Positions 37,191-51,404 of a stretch of 64,000 nt of DNA are shown here, in pieces (the stretch's first letter is position 1; each line of letters starts with the position of its first letter). A model generated the notes under the pieces. It saw only the letters and a list, made by a program, of their open reading frames with translations. It was not told where the DNA came from and ran no database searches. The position numbers and the translations under genes are program-made. The stretch covers positions 7,301,449 through 7,365,448 of the forward strand of contig MU058423.1 of assembly GCA_013265495.1 (NCBI GenBank). The letters are read 5' to 3'. Source of the DNA: Vicugna vicugna. Lineage: Eukaryota.

Positions 37191-37712
37191 GCACTGGATG
37201 GTTCTTGCGCACTTGGAGATTCTCTTGCCTTACTTCCTGTTTCAGTCACTGTTATGACAAAGTGTGACCGGTTTCGCTCAGATGCAATCTGCTAGTGCTC
37301 TGTTAATATTGCTGCAGGTATGTTTGGCTTCCTCCTACCGTAGGGCTTGTCTGTGGGCGGCCTTGGGGACCATTTTGGCATCCTTCGTGTGCAGCTCAGG
37401 AGGACTGGGTAATCTCTACAGGGCAACCTTTGACCAATAACTAATGGAAGCCAAGAGTTAAATGCTTCCTTTTTTCTTCCTATGGCCAGAGAGACTTTAG
37501 ATGCTTTTAATAAAGCATCTCAGAAGCTGCTGGAAGATGAAACAACCAGTTATGTATGGATGACAAACTCAGTAACTTGTCCTTCTATTTTGGCTACATT
37601 TTTTGCTTCATTCCCTCTGTCCTTCATTCCAACTCTCTGAGATCATATTCTCAAATAAACTTCTTGTATATAAGCCTTGTCCTGAGGCTCTACCTTTACA
37701 GACAAGGCAACA
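37190..37712 (+). mobile_element. LTR16-family ERVL LTR
   Basis: caacctttgaccaat...gagatcatattctcaaataaacttcttgtatataagccttgtcctgaggctctacc. Confidence 0.8.
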
Positions 37713-39704
37713 ATTTAGTAACTTTCGCCAGCCACCAGAGAGAGAAAAAAAAAAGAAGCAATTAATTTTTCTATTTTCTTGAGCTTAACGTTTTATATGG
37801 TGCTTCACAAAATCATTTATTAACCAAATGTATATGTGTGTAAATATGTAAGTTACACATACATGTGTGTAGATGTGTGTGTACACACGTATACATACAC
37901 ACACACAGAGGCTTTGTTTCATCCACTGATTAGAACAATTTTGAAAATGAAAGAGGGAGAGTGTGTGTTCTCAGAAGCTTAATAGAGATCTGATCCAATA
38001 CATGAAACTGCAATTCAGGAATAGGAAAATGAGAATTGCAGACATTTTTCTGAAGTTTTTGTTTAAGGATATTATGGTTATATTCCTTTAGATGTGGAGT
38101 TCACCTGTAGTCTGCAGACTATTTTAAAAAGTAATTTCAAAAATATTAGGATATATTTGTGGTAGATCTAGTCTACCACATTTTGTCCAACTTAAAGTCA
38201 GATAAATTCTTAGCATTGCTTTTTTTCTTCTTTATTATGTCTTGGTTACTTGTTCATTATATTGAGACACATTTAAGGTCCAGAGATTAATCTTATAAGT
38301 GGGTAAAAATCATAAAGATGATTGTTAAAGTTTTTGTAGTTATTACCATTTTGTTATATTAAAAATAATTTTATTATTAAGGAATTTGAATTTTGAGCTT
38401 ATATATCTTCTGTATTTTCTAAATGCCCTACTCTTTGTGAGGCCATATACCCAAGAAGCATCATTGTCCAAAATATAAAAAAAAAACCAAATGTAGAAAC
38501 TAGGGACAAAAAAAAAATCACTCAGTAGCCAAAAATAATATTGTAACATGCAAATAGACCTAATATATTTTATGATATGAGAGTTAAAATGATTACATAT
38601 TCATTCTGAGGTAATAAATAAATGTAAATATAAATTTTTATTCATAAATTGCACAATAAAAATAAACATGCTTCTAAAGCATAACTTTGTAACGTCCAAT
38701 TTGAGAGTCTAATACATGAGCAAATGGAAAGGAATTTCACTTATTCAGAATCATGGGAGATTTATAAATATCACATGATTTTTCCAGATAACATAATTTA
38801 TTCATTTTAAGTCTGAAATAATCTTAATATAGACATTTTAAGTATTATTTGAAATGTAACCCTCATATTTCAACATTTATTAAAGAATACGTTAAACATA
38901 GTTTAAGCTTTTCCATTTTTTTTCTTTGACACATCTGTTTTTGTCATCACCTTCATTCTCAGCGCCACCATTTAATTCAGACCCTTAACGACTAAGGGCA
39001 ACATCAGGTATAATTTTCCTTGTTCACTTCTCTGTGTTCACCGTCATTAATATTCCCTGTCCTCAAAGCCATACAGCATATGCAACACATTAATTTTTGT
39101 ATTTAACTCAGTGATATTTTGTATTGCTTATAGTATTTTATGCACATCAATTTTGACTCTTCACTATACAACTACATCTTAAACTCCTTAAGAGCAAAGG
39201 TAATAACTGCTATTTTGTCAGTAATCTATTTTAAAATCCTAGGAAAATACTGAACATGTACCTTTTGAAGAAGGTAACTATTGTTGTGTTTAAATTCAGT
39301 TACAATTATTTGAAAAATGATATACTAGTTTTGTATGAGTAGTTTCAAACTTTTTAAAGCCACAAAATCCTTTGATAGAATGAAACTTACCTTAAACAAG
39401 AAAAATACAAGCAGAACTGTTACAGTTGAATGGATTGGGATTAGCAGAGCCACACACATTTTCCTTGCTTCCAACTGAATGACCCTTGATGCACATGAGT
39501 TTTCAAATGTCTCTTCTATAATATTTAGTCATGTTAAATTCTGGTGTTCACTGATCCATTATTTCATAATATAAAAATGTCAAAAATATAAGAACATTTC
39601 CCTATGATTAGTATTTTAATAATTTACCACTTATAACGTATCAGCCCTGTGTTTCAATTATGTTTAAAGATGTGCTTTGAGTAGTTGGGTGTCAGAAGTA
39701 ACAC

Positions 39705-40010
39705 CATCATCCCTTCAGCAGATGTCTATTAATTATCTCCAGTGTTTTCTATAGGCACTAGGGCTGAAATAGTAAAAAGAACAAAGCTTGTAGCGTCCCC
39801 GTTCTCAGGCATCTTAAATTTTAATGGGAGAAACAAACACACACACAGAATGTCAAGTGTACTTAAGGACTAGGAAGGAAAAAATGAAGTGAGGTAAGAC
39901 TGAGAAGGACCAAGATGACTGAGGGGCCGCTACACTAGGCAGCGTGGTTAAGTGCAGCTCCTCTGTGAAGGCCGGTCTGAGCAGAAGCCTGGAGGCGGTG
40001 AGGTGACGTG
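39705..40010 (-). mobile_element. L2 3' fragment
   Basis: ttcagcagatgtctattaattatctcc...ctataggcactaggg...ctctgtgaagg...tgagcagaagcctg. Confidence 0.6.
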
Positions 40011-42759
40011 CAGTCTGCTCACTTCCCAAGCTGGTTTCTTGCTTTATTGTTGACTATTGTCAACAACATTGTTGACAATTGTCTCTGTTATAGGTTTAGG
40101 GGAGGCCATTTTATTATAGTCCGAGCTTGATTCTTTTAAAGTTCTCCTCAGTTCCGGTCTGATCTCCAAGTTCAAGTGGAAAAATACTCAGGACTCAGGA
40201 GTATCCACTTATCTTGTTTTAGAAAGATAAGACAAAGCTGTTTGTGTCTAAAGCACCATGGTTTTTACAGAGAAGTGACTGTATGATTGAAATTTAGCAT
40301 ATTTAGTTATCTGTTCATAGAACTGCAAAATTGAATAATAAAATAATATTAACTCTGTGTGATGAGTATACATTAAACTTCTTTTCTTTTTTTATTAGAG
40401 TAAGAACTTAAACATTGATACAGAAACTACATGTAAATCCTCTCACCGTGCCATAATGACTCATTGTCATTGTAGGATGCAGCTTTGAATAAATTGAGCA
40501 TTAAGAGTTTGAAGTCTGGCTCAAACATAAGAACAGCAGCTTCCATTTATAAATAATGATCCTCTAAGCAACTCCAAGCTTTTTATGGCTCTTTCTCATT
40601 AATCCACACAATTTTAAGGAGAAGTTCAGAGATGGCCACCACTGTCTTTTCTCGGGGAGTGAAAGCAAGGTGCAGTCAGATTAAGCAGCACTGCCCCGGG
40701 TCCGTCAACCTCACAGCAGAGCTGAGACCAGAACTGAGCCTCCTGACTTTTTCCAAGGAGCTCGTTTCAACATCTTGCTCCACTGGAAGAAGAGCGTGCT
40801 TTCTGTCATTACCCGAAGCAGAAAGGTAAAAATAAAAAATTGCCTCTGTCAAAATCTTACCACCTTTAGAAAGGTTAGCTTTCTCACGGTTCACAAAGTA
40901 GGCTTCTGTTTTGTTTTGTTTTATATAGGAACCCAGAAACCATCATAAAGCTTTGGGAAACCATTGAACTTGATTCTTGTTTTTATTGCTAATATATCAA
41001 CGCCAGTGTTTTCAGAGTATACATGGCATTACACTGGACATGGTTTATAAAAAAAAAATTGCTAATCCAGTCTGTAAAGTGGCCATTAGTTTAATTTAAC
41101 AAAGGTTATGGAGACCGATTTAGTAGGCGCAGGAGACCTATCATGAGTGATAATGATATTTATGAAAGCTCTTGTTCCTTATTCTACTTAAAAGGAGCTT
41201 CGAGCATAGTCAGGGTAGTAACTACATCCATACAGCGCATTATTAATGCCGTAATAATAGTATATAAGAGTATGGTGCTACTTCGGTAGGATGAAACTCA
41301 CTCATCAATAGCTTTAACAAAGGCTTCAAGAAATGCTCATTGAAACTTGGATTTTGGTAGGCAGATGTAAGGGACAGTAGAGACGACAAGAGAAAAGGCA
41401 TCTTGTGTGGTTACTCCACAGGCTGGGGCTGAACTCTAACAACCTGTGCTGTGAGCAGGATGTCTGGGTGGCGACCGCCATGCCTGGAGGTGTCTCTTCT
41501 CTGGCTTTGGCCTGCTAACCAGCTCTGCCCGCTGCCTTCTGGAGCACATGCACTTTGAACCTCTGCGTGTTTGGCTGCAGTGCACCTTGAGCTGTGCTGT
41601 CACCTGCTGGCAAGCCTGCACTTTGACCTGTGCTCCCTTGGGCTGCTCTGTGCTGCTTCTGTCAAACCTGCCACACCTCTGGTACAGAGTTCGCTGGCCA
41701 GAGTCAGACATTTCACTCACTGCTGTCTAGAAATAGGACTATAAGCTTGGGACCCTTCTGAAAGCGGCCCTGGGTTGCTTGTCTCTCCACCTGTGCTCCC
41801 CGGTGTGTCCCCATGTTGAGCTGTGTGTCTCAGCTCCAGCACAAGGAACAACTGATGCCAGGCTCGGGAGAATGACCTTTACCTTGTGCCCATGGGTTAT
41901 ACATCTCATCCAGGCATCGGGTTCCTATCCTGCAGAGCACGTGGGAGAAAGAACAGCCACTATGCGATACACGGGCGTATCGGGAGGTAAAGGAAAAGTG
42001 GCTGCCATGAGGTGTGAGAGCCATGCTCCCAGAGCCCATGTTTCACTCCGAGTCGACTTCACATTTCTGCCGCTTATGCCCCTGCGGCCAAAACACAACA
42101 TGTAATTTACAGCATTCTTGGGAGTTTTTCAGAAATACACGTATTCGCAGGATAACTGGCACATATTAGTGAATACAAATGTGGACTGGGAGATAAGATT
42201 ACTACTAATAACATCAGGGACAGAAGGAGACATTACCATCAATGATGAACAGTGTGCCAGGCACCAGAAAACTAGTATAAAATCATCAACGGTCCTTGAA
42301 AGAGCCTTTGTTTGGAGTCAAGAGTGTAAGCGAACACATTAAAATTAAATTTCAGCATATCAGTTTTATAAAGCAGATTAGGTTACGGTGATTTAGCAGA
42401 GCACAGGAAAGCAAGAAAATGTGTCACACTTATACCAAAATAAGGATGGTGAATTACATTACTAGTGTATGCAACTTTCATTTTAACACTCTTTGCCAAA
42501 ATCAACTTTATTCCCTTTTAAAAAACAACAGAAACTAGACTTAGGATTTAAGATATTACTAGGGAACAGGGAACTGTTGAAATTTCTGAGCAGAGTTGGG
42601 CTTTAGAAACAGTCATTTCACTGTGTCGCAGTATTATCACAAGCTGTCTATTCAATCAGTCAACTCATTTTTAATTAGATTTAAAAATAATTGTACACTA
42701 AAATTGAGAGTCACTGTTTTAGGTCACTTGATACAATAGTTACACAGAGTGTCCATCAT

Positions 42760-42955
42760 GTGCGAGAATTAAAATTCAGGCTGTGCTACTCACTACACTG
42801 TGTGACCTCAGGAGAGTTCTCTCTCCACGCTCAGGTTTGATAATCGTTAAGGCGGGGATAGCAACTGGACCTACGTCATGGTTCTGTGGTGAGAATTCAT
42901 TCAGTTAATATATTTAAAGTATTTAAAACAGTAAACACTGATATAGAGGTTGTCA
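42760..42955 (+). mobile_element. MIR SINE
   Basis: ctactcactacactgtgtgacctcagg...acctacgtcatggttctgtggtgagaattcat...taatatatttaaagtatttaaaacag. Confidence 0.7.
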
Positions 42956-43111
42956 TTTTAAAAATATTTATTGTAGTTTATATTCAACAAATATTTACTG
43001 AGTGCTAAGATGCCAGGTACTTTAATTTCTAGCAACGTGACAGTGAATAAACTGATGAAGCAAACAGACTGGCCTTGTGTATTGTGGGGGCCCATGATTG
43101 GGTTAATACAT

Positions 43112-43758
43112 TGTAACAGACCCCAGCCACTTGTGACCTTTAAGAGGAACAGATGTGCTTTGCTAGCAGGCGCCTGTGCACCTGCCCTCCTGCCTCCTTG
43201 TAAAAAGCAGAGACAGTGCCTTTGCTTGCATCGCTGAGGGCTGCTTCCGCAATGGAAAAGCCATTGTATGTCTCTTGCTATAAAAGCAGGACATGGCTTG
43301 TTTATCATAAGCATAGGTCCATAGTTCAGGGTTTACTCTGCTCGTTGCAAAGCGACGATCACGCCCTCAGCTATAAACGCTGGGCATGCTTTCTGTTGTT
43401 TAGATAGTCTGTAATCCCCAGGACAAGAAACTGGAGGTCTGGTGGTCTGTCTTGTAATTAGCTTCTTATATCTGAAGAATGTATCTCATTCCTCTCTCCC
43501 CATGACTACCCTGAGGATAAATTAAGCCTTTGTACTCATTGTGGAATTTATGATCTCTACCTGCTCCTGTTTTTCCTTAAGCTCCTGCCTCCCATGACGC
43601 AATTACTTGTGATCTTTTCTTTGATTGTGCACAATAAACACGGGAGTGTTTGAGAGGCTGAGGAGTTGGTCTCCAACTCCCTGTCGCTCTCTTGACTTTC
43701 CACAGAGTCTTGAGTCATTCATTCCATCTCGGTGGGACTTCTGCTGGACGAAACCCAC
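43112..43758 (+). mobile_element. probable old solo LTR, family unassigned
   Basis: tgtaaca...cccaca ends, TATAAAA near 43279, AATAAA near 43633. Confidence 0.45.
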
Positions 43759-44234
43759 AGTGTACTGTGATAAAATTGTTGTATTTAGGGTGTTTGACAA
43801 AACAGAGGAGGATTTTGAAATAAAGGTTAGCATAGATTTTGCTGATAAGTGGAGCTCCTTTCTCTCTGGGAGGAGTGCCCAGTAGTGCCTGGGTAGGAGA
43901 CAAGGACCCAGTTTGCTCTAGGAAACTTATAATATCTTCTTTCTGCCCCCTGGCAGTTGAAGCCCCAGACTATGGCTGAGGGGCTCCCTGTCAGATGACT
44001 TAAATAGAAAAATTATTTATAAAATGAATAAAGATATCTGAAAATATCTGATAAGACCCTTAATCACTTAATCATCACTTAATCATTTAGAAAAAAATAT
44101 TATCCTTTTTCATTTCACAAGTTGGTGATTTTATAGAGAATATATTTTTTGCTTCTGCATAGTTAGGGCTTTATGAGTAAATTTTTTTGGAATTTGGGTT
44201 AATAGACAAGCCTTGGAAATTAAAAGATGACTCA

Positions 44235-44680
44235 ACAGGTTTTGAACAGTCTGGAGAGATTTACCCACATTAAGGTATATGTTTGCATTCAAAGGGACAT
44301 ACAACCAGGTACCATGGAGATATTACAGGATGTGTAAACCCAGAGACACTTGTCTTATCTTCCCCTTGTGGACATTCATTTACATTTCATTGGGTAAGAA
44401 CCCAGGAGTCTTCCCCCCTCTTTGAAAGGAGAATTTGTTTATATTAGGCAGTTACCCCCCTCTCGAAGGACAGGAGAGATGCAACATAGATGAGCTGTCA
44501 AATGCATAGTTTGAGTTTCCTCTCTTGTGATGCAGATCCATTTGTATGCACAGAGCTGCCTATACAGCTTTCATTGGATAAACCGAGAAGGGAAGATTAG
44601 GGCAAGAGGAACAGATGTAGCTATTGTTGTAGGAAATAATTTCCTCTGATCAAGAAACTTCATGTTTGCTTTTAGGAAAA
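44235..44680 (+). mobile_element. possible old ERV1-type LTR fragment
   Basis: tgtttgcattcaaagg...cttgtcttatct...cctctcttgtgatgcagatcc pattern is reminiscent of old eutherian LTRs. Confidence 0.35.
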
Positions 44681-45041
44681 TATGAATATACCTATTAAAA
44701 TGTACCAATTCCCTAACATTTGTTGCTCTTTTGGGAATCCTTCAGTATAAGTAGGTGCTCCCAATTTGGAATTAAGTAGAGATGAAATTTTTGTTTAGAA
44801 AAACACCATGTAAAAAAATCTTAAAACTGCCTATCTAGATAAACTTACAGTACTCCAAACCACCAAAATACATTCCTCATATTAAATGGCGCTTAACTTA
44901 TTTTCCTTAATATTGTGATCATTTGTATATTCATAGTAGTCCCAATTAAAATCATAAACTAACTGAAGACAAGGATTGTATCATTTTATTTTACATTTAT
45001 ATGCATACTGCACATTGTTTACCGCAGTAAATATTCCTATA

Positions 45042-47442
45042 CAGCCATACCATCCAAAATAATTGTAGGTTCATTCCAGACCACTGCAATAAAGCAAATA
45101 TTGAAATAAAGCAAGTCACACACATTTTTTTTGGCTTCCCAGAGAATATAAAAGTTATGTTTATACTTTACTGTAGTCTATTAAGTGTATAATAGCATTA
45201 TGTCTAAAGAAACAATATGCATACCTTAATTTAAATACTTTTTTGTTAAAAAAATACTAACCATTATCTGTGCCTTTAGCAAGTTGTCATCTTTTTGTGA
45301 TGGCAGGTTTTTCCTCTATGTTAATGGCTGCTAACTGATTGGGGTGGTGGTTGCTGAAGGATGGGGTGGCTGTAGCTATTTTTTAAAATAAGGCAACAGT
45401 GAAGTCTGCCATGATTAATTCTTCTGTGCCTTTCATGAACAGTTTCTCTGTAGCATGCAAGGCTGTTTGATAGCGTTTTACCCACAATAGACCTTCTTTC
45501 AAAATTGGAGTCAATCCTCTCAAACCCTGCCACTGCTTTATTAACCAGATTGTACAATATTCTAAATCCTTTGCTGTCATTTCAACAACCTTCACAGCAT
45601 CTTCACTAGGAGATCCCATCTCAGGAAACCAATTTCTTTGCTCATCCATAAGAAGCAACTGCTCATCTATTCAAGTTTTATCATGAGATGGCAGCAATTC
45701 AGTCACATCCGCAGGCTCCAATTCTAATTCTAGTTCTGTTACTATTGATTTCTGTCACATTTGCAGATCCTGCCTCCACTGAAGCCTTGAACTCTTCAAA
45801 GTCATTCATGTGGTTGGAATCAACTTCTTCCAAACTCTTATTAATGTTGATATTTTGACCTCCTCCAAGAAATCATGAATGCTCTCAATGACATCTAGAT
45901 TGGTGAATCTTTTCCAGAAGGTTTCAATTTACTTTGCTCAAGCCATCAAGGAATCACTATCTATGGCAGCTATAGCTTTAAAAAATGTATTTCTTCAATA
46001 ATAAGGTTTGAAGGTTAAAGTTACTCCTTGATCCATGGACTGCTGAATGGATGCTGTGTTAGCAGGCGTGAAAACAACATTAATCTTGTATATCTCCATC
46101 AGAGCGGAGTGACCAGGTGCATTGTCAATGAACAGTCATATTTTGGAAGGAATCTTTTTTCTGTCTGAGCAGTAGGTCTCAACAATGGGCTTAAAATGTC
46201 CAGTAAAGCATGTTGCAAACAGAAAGTGCTGTCATCCAGGCTTTGTTGTTCCACTTATAGAGCCAGACAGAGTAGATTTAGCATAATTTTTATGGGCCCT
46301 AGGAGTTTTGGATGGTAAATGAGCACTGGCTTCAACTAGAGGTCACCAGCTATATTAGCCCTCTGATACGAAAGTCAGTCTATCCTTCGAAGCTTTGAAG
46401 CCAGGCACTGACTTCTCCTCTTTACCTATGAAAGTTCTTGATCACATCTTCTTCCAATATCAGGCTGTTTTATCTACATTGAAAATCTGTTGTTTAGTGT
46501 AGCTACCTTTATTAATGATCTCACCTAGATCTTCTGGGTGACTTGCTGCAGCTTTAACATCAGCCCTTGCTGTTTGTTTCATGTTATGGAAATGGCTTCT
46601 TTCCTTAAACATCATGAACCAACCTCTGCTGGCATCAAACTTTTCTCCTGCAGCTCCCTCACCTCTCCCAGCCTTCATAGAACTGAAGAGAGTTAGGGTC
46701 TTGCTCCAGATTAGGGTTCGACTTAAGGGAGTGTTGTGGCTGGTTTGATCTTCTATCAAGACTGCTGAAACTTTCTCCATATCAGCAATAATGGTGGTTT
46801 TGCTTTCTTATCGTTCATGTGTTCATTAGAGCAGTACTTTCAATTTCCTTTGAGAACTTTTCCTTTGCATTTACAATTTGGCTTTTGGCACAAGAAGCCT
46901 AGCTTTCAGTCCATCTTGGCTTTCAACATGCCTGCCTCACTAAGCTTGATCATTTCTATCTTTAGCTTTAAAGTGAGAGTCTGGAGACTCTCCCTCTCAC
47001 TTGAACACTCAGAAGTCATTGTAGGTTTATTAATTGGCCTAATTTCAATATTGTTGGGTCTCAGGGCAGAGGGAGGCCTGAGGAGAGGCAGAAAGATGGG
47101 GGAACACCTGGTCGGTGGAGCAGTCAGAGCACATACAACATATATTGATTAAGTTTGCCATCTTATATGGGCACAGTTCATGGCACCCCAACACAAGTAC
47201 AATATAACATCAACGATCACTGATCACAGGTCAGCATAACAGGTATAATAATCATGAAAAAGCTTGAAATTTTGTGAGAATTATCAAAATGTGACACAGA
47301 GACACAAATGGAAGAAATACTTTTGGAGAAATGGCATTAACAGATTTGCTCAAAGCAAGGTTGCCACAAATCTCCAACTTTTACCAAATGCAGTTACTAC
47401 AAAGCACAATAATGTGAAGTACAATAAAATAAGGTATGCCTA
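45042..47442 (-). mobile_element. full-length (2.4 kb) decayed Tigger1 DNA transposon
   Basis: TA+cagccatac...aggtatgcct termini, length about 2.4 kb, transposase remnants inside. Confidence 0.95.
45270..47019 (-). pseudogene. Tigger1 (TIGD1-like) pogo transposase pseudogene
   Basis: [48 protein letters not shown]...[17 protein letters not shown]...[10 protein letters not shown] (CENP-B-type HTH and first DDE motif); LLMDEQRNWFPEM. Multiple stops and frameshifts. Confidence 0.93.
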
Positions 47443-48619
47443 TGATCTAAATTAAATGGGCCAGCTTAGATATGGTTTGAAAACCTATACCTGTAGTTCT
47501 AATGTCAGTGAAGAAGTCTCACCTCACCCTTCTCCATCCAAGTCTCTGATATTTCTATATTATTTATATGAATCTATCCAACTCTTCATTTGCAAATGTT
47601 TAGTAGACAATTCTACTTCATGTGTAGATGAACAGAAGTTGGATTTGTTAAATACATTTACTATTTGTAGAAAGGTCATTGCTAAAAAAGACTAAATTAT
47701 TACATTAGTCATATGTATTATTCCATGAATATTTAGGACTTTTGAGAAGCAGCTTTATTGTGTCTTTCCCAAAAGATAAATAAATTCATCTTATAAAGGA
47801 ACAGTTTTCTACAGAACATAAAAGAGGAACTTTTTTTTTTTCCTTCTGAGAATCTTGTTTTTATGCTTTCCATAACACTCGAGTGGAAGAGATGTAGGTG
47901 TAAGCATTGTAAGAAGTTGTTCCTTTTGGTGTATAATTTCCTCAGGTGGCATTTTTTCCCCTGATGACTTCCCCGAGAGCAATTCTATCTTTGTAAAATT
48001 GAATCTAGATATTGGCTGCTCCATTGGACTCTTGTGATAACATCAAAGAAATCTTGTTACTGAGTCTGTCTAAAATTTGCTGGAATTGCATCTCGTGCAT
48101 TATGTGGTTAAATGAAAGTAATTTCAATTAGGGGACAATTTAGCTTCCTTCAGCTTATGGTTAAATGGCATAAGCTGTGAAAATGGAGGTGAGTTAATGG
48201 CCCAATGTAAATATCAAGGGTTGGCATAAGAGCCAGTGATTTCTCTTCTAGCCTTCAAATTACTTTAGAAACATTATCTCTTTGTTTCTTTGACTGGAAA
48301 AGAAAACAATACCCAAATTTCTTACAGGACCAACTGGGAACTCAGATTGCTGATAACATATATTTTCCAACTCAAATTAAATATATCTTTACTGGTAATA
48401 CTAATTATTTACATACTGAGAAAATGTTTTAAACTTTGATACAATCTCGGGATTCCAAGTCTCTTCAGAAAAGAATAAATAGACATGAAATCTATCTACA
48501 CTCTTTCTGTGTAGGTTTTTTATCTATAGAGTATTTTATGACTATACATACTTTTACTGGGAGGTAAAAATCTTTAAAAAATTTTTAAAACATTGGAAAG
48601 AAATGATTCCTAAATTTAA

Positions 48620-49830
48620 ATAAATATCAGTATCCTCTACATGTCAGACACTAAACTTAACTTGTAATGGCTAGAAAATGATAACAAAGAAATGTCTTGT
48701 ATGGCAGAGTCTAATAAATGTTACAGGAAAAAAACTGAGCAAGGAAGGATGGAGTAGGTTGCTTGTGGGAAAGGGTATTATCTTAGATAGTCTGGACAGG
48801 AAAGGCCTCACTGACAAGGTTACACTTTAGAAGAAACTGAAACAGACTAAGGAAATAGAAAATTCTGGAGAACAGCCAGTGAAAAGGCTCTGATGAGTGA
48901 ATATGGTTGATTTGCTCAAGAATTAAAACAAGGGAGTCAGTGTGGCTACAATGGACCAGGAAAGGGATCAGGTGAGATCAGGTCTGAGATACAGCCAAGA
49001 GCCTGATTACACAGAATGTGTTGGTCATGTTACGCACTTAGGATTTACCTTGTGTGAGACTGCGGTCCATTGGAGGGTTTTTGATCTGAGGGAGAATATT
49101 TTTATTACATTTTAAAATGGCTCATGGAGAAAAAACCATAAAGGAGTAAGTATGGAAGAAGGACCCCTCCATGGAAGAGATGATAGTGGTTTGGACAAGA
49201 TGGTAGCAGTGAGGTGATGAGACATGGTTAGACTTGGGTTTATTTTAAAAGAAGACAATCACACTGCTGAAAGGTTAGATATGGGGTTTGAAAGGAAGAA
49301 TTGTGCTTTAAATTACATAGATATACAAAAATATAAGAGGTAAAGATCTGGGGAAAATAAGTCATTCATTTTGGGGATATGTTCAATTTGAGGAGATTTA
49401 GACTCCTCAAAGGAGATGTAACGTAAGTGGCTGGAGAGACAAGTATAAACTTCAAGTGAGAGGTCAGAAAAAGATAAAGTTTGGTGGTAGAATATTTACA
49501 GATAACACATAAATCTCATGAGTTAAAGTGGGATCATTTGGGGAGTAAAAATAGAAGGGAAAGAGAGGAGGACTAGAACAGAGCCCTGGGTCTCTCCTAT
49601 ATTTAGATACCAGAAAACTGGTAAGTGACCAGCTAAGAAGCTTGAGAAGGACTGAATGATACAGGAAGAGAAACAAGACAAAAAAAGTGTCCAGAGCTCA
49701 AATAAAGAACAGCTTTCAAGGGGAGTCATTATTTCTGTCAAATGCTTCTGAAAAACCAAATAAGAAAAAAGACGACACTTGATCATAATTTTCAACAATG
49801 AGTAGAACATTGAAGGAGGCATCCTTCCAT
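48620..49830 (-). mobile_element. L2a-like LINE
   Basis: aaggcctcactgacaagg, cagccagtgaaaaggctctga, ccattggagggttt, gagatgatagtggtttggacaag, acagagccctgggtctctcc. Confidence 0.85.
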
Positions 49831-51404
49831 GTGTCTAGATATGAAGTTAATTGCATATTTTGTAGCTTTGGTAGCTTTGGTACAATTTCATTGTAATAAT
49901 ATCTGGAGCATCAGTTCATAGGCAAGTTTTAGGTAATTAAATCCTGGAATAAACATAAGTAATACTATGTCTTGCTCATAAGTAGCAGTGCAACCCAGCA
50001 AATACTAGATTAGATAAATGTTGTATCAAATTGGGGGAAGAAACTAGAGAAAAGTGCATTGTTCTACAGAATAAAATAAGAAAAATTTACTTTCAGAAAA
50101 TATTTATTACTGGATTTGTCTTTTGTGTTTAATCTACATATACGGAGAGAGAGGCAGGTGACACAGCAAAGAGGGGGAAAGGAAGATTATGGAGATATAG
50201 GAGATGCCAGGAGAAAGTTGCAGACTGAGTGAATATATTCTTTTAAACCAAATATGCTTAATACTCAATTTTATTTTTGTAATTTATAAACCCCTTCACC
50301 AAACCAAACTGTAAAATCGACTGTGTGTATTTTGGTTTTCTTTGAATTAAAGGAATGGAGCTGAGTTGCAAATTTCTATCATTTTCTGGACATAGAAAAA
50401 TTTGTAAAGAGGAGAAACTGGTACAGAGCAGAGGGTAAGAATTCACTGAGAAAGGACTAGTGCCAGATGTGATCATGTCACTAAAAACAGCATCACAGGA
50501 ATTTCATATATAAAGGGAAAATCATGGTCATCAGACTGACCATAAATATGACACGGAACTTTAAAGCAAACTTACCTCGATGCTTTAAAGAGCTTGTAAC
50601 CCAAGCTGTCACTTGGATAATACAAGAGGTTAATAAAAACAGATGTACCTTTTCAAGAGGAAATCAATATACCACTTTCATTAACAGGCATTTCTTGGTT
50701 AATTATTAACTTTCTCTAAAGAGTCAATTACTTTAAAAAATGTATGAATAGTGATGTGAGACAGAAGAGGGGAAAAATCATGTAAGCACATCTTAAATAG
50801 GTCACCATTATTTATGATAGAATTAAGCTCAACAGCATGGAGACATAGTCAGGGTCAAGATGTAACAGAATAAATAATGAAAGTCATTTCTGTTAAGACT
50901 AACAGTCCCTATTAGTGGCATTCCAATATCTTTAGATTTGCAAATATACTTGAAAAACTTCTAGACTTTTTCCGCATAGCTCTGGGAATGAAGGCCTTGT
51001 ACGTCCTAGAGGTTTGGCAGGTTTGTTTCTTAGAGGTTTGGAATCATGAATTTGTAAGAATTTGGTGTCTATTTAAAACACATGCACTTCTTCCTGCTTC
51101 CAGTTCCAAAACTTAGGGATGTCAATGGTTACTCACAACAAAGTTTTCAATTACATGCTTATTGTAACCTGTTACTACTTCATTTTTCTGTATCTAAAAG
51201 TTTCCTGTGATATTCCTGGTATTGGTAGATTTTTAAAAGTGTTTGTCTCTTCCTGACTGTTTACACAGCCACCAGGATTCTTTTCATCCTGTCTGGCTTC
51301 AGTGGCTCTAAATTTCCCTACAAGAGGCAAGGGATGCAATTCTACAAGTAAAGTGACTCCATAAATATCTGCTTAATGATTGGTAATTTGTATGCAGGAC
51401 ATTA

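Noticed and set aside
43625..43885. 86-aa ORF as a possible exon
   Set aside because: No recognisable domain, a non-ATG start, and overlap with the 3' end of a probable LTR.
45270..47019. Functional TIGD1-like domesticated transposase gene
   Set aside because: The reading frame is broken by stops and frameshifts, and both TIRs remain, as in an ordinary Tigger1 fossil.
47809..48024. 71-aa ORF with a basic tail
   Set aside because: No recognisable homology. The lysine run comes from a poly-T/A tract.
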